Positions 54,451 through 64,000 of a stretch of 64,000 bases of DNA are shown here, piece by piece. The notes under the pieces were generated by a model. It had not been told where the DNA came from and made no database searches. It was given only the letters and a program-made list of their open reading frames with translations. The position numbers and the translations under genes are program-made. Position 1 is the stretch's first letter, and every line of letters starts with the position of its first letter. The stretch covers positions 107,694,001 to 107,758,000 of the forward strand of contig NC_043000.1 of NCBI RefSeq assembly GCF_006345805.1, in the 5' to 3' direction. The DNA comes from Octopus sinensis. Lineage: Eukaryota.

Positions 54451-54674
54451 ATTATATATTATATATATTTATATTATTATATATATAGATATATATATAT
54501 AATATATATATATATATAAACATGTTTCCACAACTTGTCTGCCTCTCTCTCTTACACACAACACACACAACACACACCACACACACTCTCTCTCTCTCTC
54601 TCCAATGTGACCTCGTGTTTACGTTGTCAATTTTTTCCTCTGTCTTCCCTTCTCTGGATCTTTCCTTCTCCTAT

Positions 54675-54709
54675 GTTTCCGACGAAGAGCTCCGCTCGAA
54701 ACGTTAAAC
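54675..54709 (+). ncRNA. Minimal type-I hammerhead-like motif, U4C variant
   Basis: GTTT-CCGACGA-A-GAGC(TCC)GCTC-GAAA-CG-T-T-AAAC; ACGT palindromic stem III; related to the 7405 family. Confidence 0.6.
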
Positions 54710-54820
54710 CCTCCTTCTTTCCTTCTTCCTGAGCTGTCCAATAATACTATATTTGTTCCACGTCCTCGCATTGTTGTGTTTTTTTTGTGCTTTCTTGTTT
54801 GGATAACTTTATATATATAT

Positions 54821-54852
<32 letters not shown>

Positions 54853-54872
54853 CTTACGTACACACACACACA

Positions 54873-54977
<105 letters not shown>

Positions 54978-56016
54978 GTGAGTGTGTGTTTGTGTGAATG
55001 TATATGTATATAATAGTTCATAAAAATGTTGGTTGGCTGGTTGGATGATTTCTCCAATTGTATGTGTTCGTGTATTCTATTTAGTTGTGGATGCCATGAA
55101 ACAGATGCAGAGTCACCAAATTTTTTGACCAGTCTCCAGTCCCAATACATTGATTGGCTAAATTTACCAAGGTGCAGTGAGTAATCCAATATTTACTCAC
55201 TACTGTAACGAAGACTGAATAAAATAAAATAAAATACACTAACTAGAAAGAGAGACAAGCTTTGGCTGAAGATTTAGTGTCAGGTTCTTATATCTCACAT
55301 TGCAATTCTTGGTGGGAAACTGTTATATCGAGGCCGAACCACATTATTTTCCGAAGTAATATTTGCTTTTTTCTTAATGTTTCACAGCAGTTTATTTAAC
55401 TTTGGTCTGACACTTTCTTCTTGTATGACCCTTATTCCGTTTTAGAATTGTTGTGAGAATACAGTGTAGGTTAGAATTGCTGCTCTTTAGACTTGTGTTT
55501 TATATGAAAGCTTATGGACGTTATGTTGATATAAAAATTATAGTAGATGAGATGTCGTTCGTTGTGCTGGGAAATTGTCGTTCATCGTACAAAATTCTTT
55601 ATATGTAGCTAGAAATTTCTAAATCTATTTCGTGTGCTTCACCCGTTTGGGGTTAATGCATTCAAATATGACCATGTGGTTTAGAAATTCACTTCTTAAT
55701 CACATGATTTGGAGTTCAGTTCTCCAACATAGGGTTAATCCAAAGTTTTGTAAGTATAATTTTGGTGGTCGGACACTTTGAATAAGCCGATCAAATTAGC
55801 TGTGCAGCTTCTGTCGTGCAAAATCTTTTTTGTTGTTTTACACTCGGTACATCTATAAAATTATACTTATGACACTCGGGTACCTCTATAAGATTCCATT
55901 CTCTTGCAAGTGTTTTTCACTCAAGGAAATTAAAATTTTCCTCCGGCTCTCCTAAAAATCTAGGACGCTCTATATAAAAGTCATAAGTTCGCTCTTTCTC
56001 CTCTAACAAAACCATA

Positions 56017-56183
56017 ATATCCTGTTGTGTTTGGGGAGAGCCATTTTCTTTTTGTGCCTTATAATGTAACACATTCACCAGTAGGAAACTAAAAATAAGA
56101 AATAAGTGGAAATTTTACCGGTGAGTGTGTTACATTATAAAGCACAAAAAGAAAATGACTCTCCCCAGACACAACAGAATATG
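56017..56183. repeat. Hairpin with ~68-bp inverted arms and ~30-nt loop
   Basis: CTGTTGTGTTTGGGGAGAGCCATTTTCTTTTTGTGC vs GCACAAAAAGAAAATGACTCTCCCCAGACACAACAG. Confidence 0.9.
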
Positions 56184-56335
56184 CTTCAACACACGAACTC
56201 AAATAAAGAATCTTGCAAACCAAATCCCAAAACGAAAACCATAATAAATATTTCGTTAAACAGCTTTAACTAATCTATATTAAGTAGACAGCTATTGGTA
56301 ATTTTGGTTAATTAACCAATTTTATATGATTTGCT

Positions 56336-56570
56336 TAAGTACGTAGATTCTTGCCATTTCAGTTAAGTACCCAGATGTTTTTGATAGGTTGAATTATGTA
56401 CCCAGATTCTTATAATTTGCATTAAGTACCCAATTTTATGCGAATTGAATTAAATATCCGGTTTGATGTGATTTGGATTAAATATCCAGTTTTATGTAAT
56501 ATATATTAAGTACTCAGCTTTATGTATCCTGGTTTATATGCGTAATTAGGATTAAGTACCCAAATTTTTG
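56336..56570. repeat. Degenerate ~29-bp minisatellite with TTAAGTACCCAG core
   Basis: About eight periodic core copies with divergent intervening bases. Confidence 0.75.
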
Positions 56571-56859
56571 TAATAAAGTCCTAAAGTTTATTACTTTATT
56601 AGTTAGTCAAAGGAATCTATTTCGCTTAAAAATTTTAATTTCGGGTTGTCTTGAACGTTCACTGTACTCATTCATACACTGTTACATAGCTGTTGGTTAC
56701 AAAACTATAAAACTTTATAATTGTTTATAAAACCGATAGAAATTTCTATCAGTTTGTTACAAGACGCATAAATTATAATGGTTAATAGACAATTTTTGTC
56801 TTTTTTTCGGTATACTTGGCTATTAGAATTTTTCTTTTGCCTTATATTGTAAAGATATA

Positions 56860-56917
<58 letters not shown>

Positions 56918-56940
56918 TATTATATATATATATATATATA

Positions 56941-56980
<40 letters not shown>

Positions 56981-57075
56981 TACATACACATACATATATA
57001 TGTACAAGTATATTGTATATATTATATATGTATATATATATATGCATACATACATACACACACATATTGTATATG

Positions 57076-57120
<45 letters not shown>

Positions 57121-57226
57121 TATATTATATATATATATATATACATATATAAATATAATATATATATATATATATATATTATATATACACATACATATAC
57201 ATATATATATATGTGTGATGCATGTA

Positions 57227-57282
<56 letters not shown>

Positions 57283-58619
57283 CAGGCTCATTAAAAGAAC
57301 ATAAATAACGCTGTTGGTTTGGAGCCAATAATTCCACTCCACAGAGTTAGAATGATCCTAGCAACACGAACGCAGACTAATTTTGTTTTTATCTCCCACG
57401 CATTTGGATATAAGTTCTCGTTTCGGCTGTAACCGTTCACGGAAATACAAATATATATTGATTCGTTTGGATGTTCTAATTTTCGTTGCGTTACACAATA
57501 TTTATTTTCTCTCTCTTTATCTCTCTCTCACCTCTCTTTCCTTTTCTATTTCGTACTTCACCCACCGTCATTTTCTCTTTAAACATATATATTTCTGTCT
57601 CTGGGTTATGTGTGCAATCGAAGTTGTATTTATTATTTGCATATTTCTGATCTTCATGATCCAGGATCGTGGTCAATGATGTATATCTATGACGTGGGTA
57701 CCATTATTTAAAAACTATGATTAATAACAATATTATGCCTGGTGTACTATTAACATTTGCGTACGTCAGTTGGCACAAACTATAGTAAGAGATATTATGA
57801 ATTAAAATGTGAACAGTGGGTGCAGGTCTCTCCAAACTAACCCTGCAATATATCAGTAGTAAAGTGACAACAGATCATATTATTACATATACATGTAAAT
57901 GATATGTAAATCATATCATGAGTTAAAATAGGCTGAGTTAATTTCATCTTGTGGTTATACTGTCGAATGATTGTTTCCGCAGCGCTGACTTCTCAAGATT
58001 AAGTGTAGGGCAACCAATCATGTTCATGCGCCCTGTGTGGTATGAGCCAAAGAAATATAATTTTCAACATTTTATTGAACGAAAAATATTCATTCTGAAG
58101 ATACGAATTCACGGTTGGGAAACACGAACCAGATATCTTACACTGCATATTTGTGCTTTTTATTGTTTATGCCATCTATAGCCTTGTAGCTTAAGTTAAG
58201 GATATGCTCAATATATTAAATCATTAATACTATAGTTAAAGTAGTAATAATTGCATTTTATTAACATAGTACTTATATCGAGACTAGCGATGGCCATAAA
58301 TGAATTTCTGAAATTAATAAGAGAAGAAAATGGTACCTGTCTTTTATAAATATACTTATTTATTTGACATTTAGCTTTGGTTATATGGATATTTAAGAAG
58401 AGAGAAATTAAAATCTATTGCAGGTTTGATAAAATCGATAGTTAAAACTAATTAGATTTAATATTACTCGTACCTTTAATTCATTACATCTTTGATGCAT
58501 TTAAACTAACATAATAGCGATGTCTCTAGACCTAATGACAGCTTTAACTTTGACTAATGAAATACGGTTGCAAGTAATTAGTCATCCCAATGAATTTGAG
58601 TGTCGATGGAGATATTTAG

Positions 58620-58706
58620 GGGTGGAGCGAGAAGGATGAACGATTCAATCAAGTTGAAAGAAATTTGGAGAACATAAAAATTATGCTTGTAAAAAATCGG
58701 TCGCAG
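58620..58706 (+). other. Candidate 87-nt phase 0-0 exon
   Basis: TTTAG| acceptor (weak pyrimidine tract), CAG|GTATGG donor, open frame GWSEKDERFNQVERNLENIKIMLVKNRSQ (coiled-coil-like). Confidence 0.25.
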
Positions 58707-60365
58707 GTATGGGTTTGGCGTTACGAACATCTCTTAGGAAGTAATAACAATATTCTGCTAACTAAGGTGTCAGCCTGCCAAAAATGTATGATACTCAAAT
58801 GATATTGCCGCCCTCATCTATTAGCTGAAGAGTATAAATAGTCAAGAACCTTGAATATATGTCCTCGATGTATGTAACTACAGTGTATTCTATTATGTCA
58901 ACAAAACTTCTGAGATACTATGTATTGACATATTAATGACAGATGTCAATGACAATGAAACCTAATCTCCCGAGACCAGGGAAAAGTCTATTTTGACAGA
59001 TAACATATGTATTGACAAATTAATAGCAGATATCAATGAGAATGAGCCAAAAACTTTCTATGTATAAGTGAACGGTCTATTCTGCTGTTCTTACAAGATT
59101 CGACAACAAGAAGTTGGAACTTGTTTCCTCATGTTCATACTGTTACTGGAAAGACATTCTTGACCAGTCTTTTGCTTGTTGAAACACTGCTATTCCAGTT
59201 ACTTCTAGTATTGTCGCCTTCCTTATTCCTGAAAGCCTGTTTTGAAATTCTTCCTGGATTTGGAAACACGTAAGCACCTGTTTGCTAGGTTTCTATGAAT
59301 TTGTGAATATGACATTTTCATAAGAAATGCTAAATGACTATGTAGCATATGAAGTTCACTGACTCACAATGCATACGATGCCGACCCTGAAGAAAACATT
59401 GCGGGATTTGCGTAACAACTGATTTTATGTATAGGGTAGTAGTGGCGTAGTTAGTAGTAGTGGTGTAGTTAGGAGACAAAAAAAAAATGGAAGAATATTG
59501 TGATTGACTTAAATCTTCATTGCTTTGTACAAAACTTTTCAAAATGTCTTCAGACGTAAGTGTCAACAATTTTTGGATATAAGCTGCCTGGCTCTTGATC
59601 GTAACTTGTTATGAACCCCCAAATTATGTACTTTTTAAAATCAAAACAACCCATTTTCATAATTAATTTTAATTAATACAAATTCCTCGGTTAACCACAT
59701 CAAATACGCTAGCATCCATTTAACTATAACGGATCTCCAGTTTGAGATGTTGATTCCGAAATGTCTTCGCTAATTATGAACACAGCACATTGCGCTTAAT
59801 AAGTAACCAACAACTGTCTTTGTAGTTGTGAGCCTGACATTTTATGGATTCTGCCAACAACTACACATAACTAAATACTATGTCGACATTTTATTTTTTA
59901 TTTCCTTGTTCATTAAGAGGTTTACGAATAAACAAATAAAATAAAAATCAGGTGTGCACTGTATCGTTTTTTATTATGCAGGCAACAGGCGTTCAGACGA
60001 ACGGACATACATCAGATGAAGAAAGAAAGGAATGAAGACAGAAAGGCGGAAAATAATAAAATAATAAACTAATGAAAAAGAAAAACAAGAAAAGAAATAA
60101 AGAAAGACAAGTCTAAGAAAGAAAAAGGACAGAAGAAAGAAAGAATTAAGGGGAAACGAAGGAAGAAAGATTGAAAAGAGAAGAAAGAGAGAAGAGGGGA
60201 AAGAAAGAAAGAAAAAAGCAGATAAGAAAGAAAAAGAAAAGAATAGAGCTAGGAAGAAAGAAAAGATAAAGAAAGAATAAAATGAAGGAAAAAATAAAGA
60301 CAAAAGGGAAGAAGAAAGGAAAATTAGAGAAGGAAAAAGGAAATATACAGAGAATATACAAAGGG

Positions 60366-60530
60366 TGTAAATGATAGAGAGAGAATATAGAGAGAGTGTA
60401 AATGATAGAGAGAGAATATAGAGAGAGTGAACATGATAGAGAGAATATAGAGATAGTGTAAATGATAGAGAGAGAATATATAGAGAGTAAAAATGAAATG
60501 ATAGAGAGAGGATATAGAGAGAATAGGTGG
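60366..60530. repeat. ~31-bp purine-rich minisatellite
   Basis: GTAAATGATAGAGAGAGAATATAGAGAGAGT repeated about 5 times, after a GA/GAAA-rich tract from 60015. Confidence 0.85.
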
Positions 60531-61427
60531 GTGTGACAGAAATGTTAATAGGGAGCATTGGTGAGATAGATATGTTTACAGACAGAGTGGAAGTGATTGA
60601 AATGTTAATAGAGAGCGTAAGTGTGATAGAAATGTTACGATGCGGTTTAATTGAATAAATAAGTGTTTTTGCGAATGGTTACAGCTGAAAGTAGAATTTA
60701 AATTCAAATGTAAATAGAATAATTTAGTCGGTGTTTCCGTTGCCAGGAACATTCTATATATACGGAATGAAAACGTTGGCTTCAAGCCAAAAGCTGTATT
60801 TACATAGATTTATTTTTGCAACATGTAAGAGAACCGGCCTTAAATGTTCTGAGCATCTTAACTGTCATGAACTCCTTAAACATGTATGTATGTATGTATG
60901 TATGTATGTATGTATGTATATGTATGTATGTCAATGTTCGATTATAGTCAGCTGGGTAAACTACCTGATACCTAAGATAGGCCGCAATTATATTTTAAAG
61001 ATTAAATGGAAATGTTTATATCTAATTGTATAAGATCGCAGTATATTCCAACAATATCAGTTAGAGAAAATGTCTGAAATCGTTTAATCAAGAGGAAAGA
61101 GCTGATGCCAAATCTCAGGTATAAGGCTATTCAAACGCATACAGCTTCTCAAATATGCAACTTTATAATCTGTATAAATATATCAGGTAATATGTCCAAA
61201 ACAACGTGTATGTATATATCTTCAAACTTTTAACTTTTACGTGCTCGGGTCATTTGAGTGTGGCCATAATGATGGCTGCGTTTTCAAGAGTTTTAGTCGA
61301 ACAGATCATTCCAAATACTTATGTTTATGTCTGGTAAGTAGTCCATCATTCTTTTATTTGTCGGTTAGTACCGGTTGTCAAGCAGTAATGGGAGACCAAC
61401 ACAGATAAAAGGACACACACGCATATG

Positions 61428-61461
<34 letters not shown>

Positions 61462-61897
61462 GATATATTTATATATATATCTATATGTAGATATATAGAT
61501 AGATAGATAGACCCTCACAAAATGGGATTTCACCCAGTTTCCGTCAACCAAATTCACTCACGAGATCGGCTAGAAACTATAGAAGAAGGCTCTTGCCCAA
61601 CGTGCCGCGCTGAGGGATTGAACCTATAGGCAAGAACTAGCATTGACAACTTAAAATAACTTGTGCTTTCTTTCTTTCTTTCTTTCCTATAGTACCTGCT
61701 AGGTTGTCATCAAATTTGATAGAAAATCTATTATATACTCTGTATGTGTGTTTTTTTATTTAATTTTTGATTTTTCCAGTTTCAGCTCATGAGCTGTGGC
61801 CATGCTGGGGCACCGCCATTGTATATGTATATGTATATGTATATAGATACACACACACACATATATATATATACAGAAATACAGATATATATACATG

Positions 61898-61961
<64 letters not shown>

Positions 61962-61987
61962 ATACAGATATATATATATATATATAT

Positions 61988-62036
<49 letters not shown>

Positions 62037-62562
62037 TATTCATATATACATCTATGTGTGCGTATATATATATATGTGTGTATGTGTGTACGTGTGTGCA
62101 TGTGTGTGCGTGTATGGGCGTGTGTGTATGTGTGTATATATATATTCACATAGATATATGTATATGCATACAATATTGGCATGGATGTTCTTCGTGAATG
62201 AATGTCTGTAATATATTATGGCTTCTTTCTAAACAAAGGTCTTTGTTTTCCGCAGTGGAAAACAAAGAACATTCTATATACATAAAAGTCGAGACGCAGC
62301 TGGATATATATTGTCCTTGGGAAAGGAAGACCTGCATGAGCTGTAATTCAAGCCTATGTAAGATTTGTCCCTGGGATGTATTGATATGAAACATACACTG
62401 AAAGGAAACTGTAACCTTGCAAATTCAATAATTTAACCTATGGCAACATATGCATAGGTACAGGGTCACTTAGCCGTGCACTGTACACGCGCCCCTCCAC
62501 ACGCACAATCACAATCACCTGTACACCCATATTTATTATGTGACTGAAACACTCCATTTCTT

Positions 62563-62920
62563 ATTTCCTTATTGCCTACAAGGGGCTAAACATAGAGGGG
62601 ACAAAAAGGGAAAACAGAGGGATTAAGTCGATTACATCGAGCCCAGTGCGTAACTGGTACTTAATTTATTGACTCCGAAAGGATAAAAGGCAAAGACGAC
62701 CACGGCGGAATTTGAACTCAGAACTTAGCGGCAGACGAAATACCTATTTCTTTACTACCCACAAAGGGCTAAATGCAGAGAGGACAAACAAGGACAGACA
62801 AATGGATTACGTCGATTATATCGACCTCGGCGGAATTTGAACTCAGAACGTAACGGCAGACGAAATATGGCTACGCATTTTGCCGGGCGTGCTAACGGTT
62901 CTACCAGCTCTCCACCTTAA
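62563..62920 (-). mobile_element. SINE family C, head + two alpha bodies, first body internally deleted
   Basis: Deletion joins two TCGACC microhomologies at ~62821. Confidence 0.85.
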
Positions 62921-63269
62921 AAACACTCAATTTCTGAAATTGCCTACCTCAGATGTTAACAAAGGGTACAGAACGACTAATTTATTCGTTGGTCGGTCAG
63001 TTATACAAACGGGTACGCCATTAATTTATATGACATGAGATCAACTTCCTACTGTTAGTATGTTTTATAGATGGGACGAGATTTTCCAAAATGCTGTGTT
63101 GTTTATATAACTTTGATCAATATGCAATATAAATTAATTTTGTTGATATGATTACAAGTTTCTCAAGAAATCAATTAATTCCAGTAAGGTAATTTATAGG
63201 AAAATATTCCTCTTAATTACCAATAATTAGACACAGGAGGCCCATAAATTAGTTGTAGCAGAAGTAGTT

Positions 63270-63687
63270 TGTAGTAATGATTTTAGTAGTAGTAGTAGTC
63301 GTAGTCGTAACAAGAGGCGATGGTGTAGCAATCGTAGTAACAAAAGCAGCAATAGTAGTAGTATAAGCTGCAGCAGTGGAATGATAGTACCAGTAGTGTC
63401 AGAAGTAGTAGTAGTAGTAGTAGTGGTAGTAGTAGTAGGGATAGTAGTAGTAGTAGTGGTAGTAGTAGTAGGGATAACAGTAGTAGTAGTGGTAGTAGTA
63501 GTAGGGATAGTAGTAGTAGTAGTGGTAGTAGTAGTAGGGATAGTAGTAGTAGTAGAGGCAGTAGTAGTAGTAAGATCAGGAATAATAATAATATTATATA
63601 GGAGCAGGAGTACTAGTCATAGTCGTCGAAGTCGTCGACATAGTAGTAGTAGTAGCAGCTCAGCAGCAGTAGTAGTAGTACTAGTAA

Positions 63688-63779
<92 letters not shown>

Positions 63780-63785
63780 TGCGTA
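63270..63785. repeat. (GTA)n/(ATT)n compound tract with ~30-bp higher-order period
   Basis: GGGATA recurs at 63438, 63471, 63505 and 63537. Confidence 0.9.
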
Positions 63786-64000
63786 GTCGAAGTAGATTCA
63801 ATAAGGAAACTAGGTAATTCCGCTCCGTCATTTTCCTTTACTGAAATCCTTTATGACTTCTTTAAATGTCACAGTGAGAATTAACTTTGTGACATTTTTG
63901 GAATAAATCAAAAATGAAATATTTGATCATACGCCAATACCAATAGTATTTTGCAATATAGATCCAAGGTCACACATGTTTGTTGAAAGAGGGTTTTATG

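Noticed and set aside
55250-55620. Possible second Penelope RT relic on minus (NITSENNVVRPRYNSFPPRIAM)
   Set aside because: Only a loose resemblance across stops; needs a profile search
56336-56570. CRISPR-like repeat/spacer look
   Set aside because: Core is only ~12 nt and degenerate, linkers ~17 nt, eukaryotic context, no cas genes

Overview
AT-rich, microsatellite-saturated eukaryotic non-coding DNA (intronic or intergenic). It is very probably cephalopod (Octopus): this is inferred from the tRNA-derived SINE families and (TA)n/(CA)n density, and was not checked against a database. No intact protein-coding gene is supportable, and almost all ORFs in the track are translated microsatellites. 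The window holds many copies of about five SINE families plus fossil transposons: two head-to-tail R4/Dong-type LINEs, a near full-length decayed CR1-group LINE, a Penelope-like RT remnant, a hAT transposase, Tc1-like (D36E spacing) and maT (D37D) transposases, and a Helitron helicase. The most notable unexplained signal is about a dozen minimal type-I hammerhead ribozyme (HHR) motifs from several unrelated repeat families. Most have palindromic stem III, and many sit in fold-back or tandem structures typical of Penelope-like elements and retrozymes. Highlights are an intact HHR with a ~57-nt stem II (29616-29706), a 487-bp tandem unit carrying an HHR (50872-51740) and U3-A8 compensated cores (4065, 5644, 44779). 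All motif parsing was done by eye; HHR and palindrome coordinates were counted base by base, while mobile-element boundaries are approximate.
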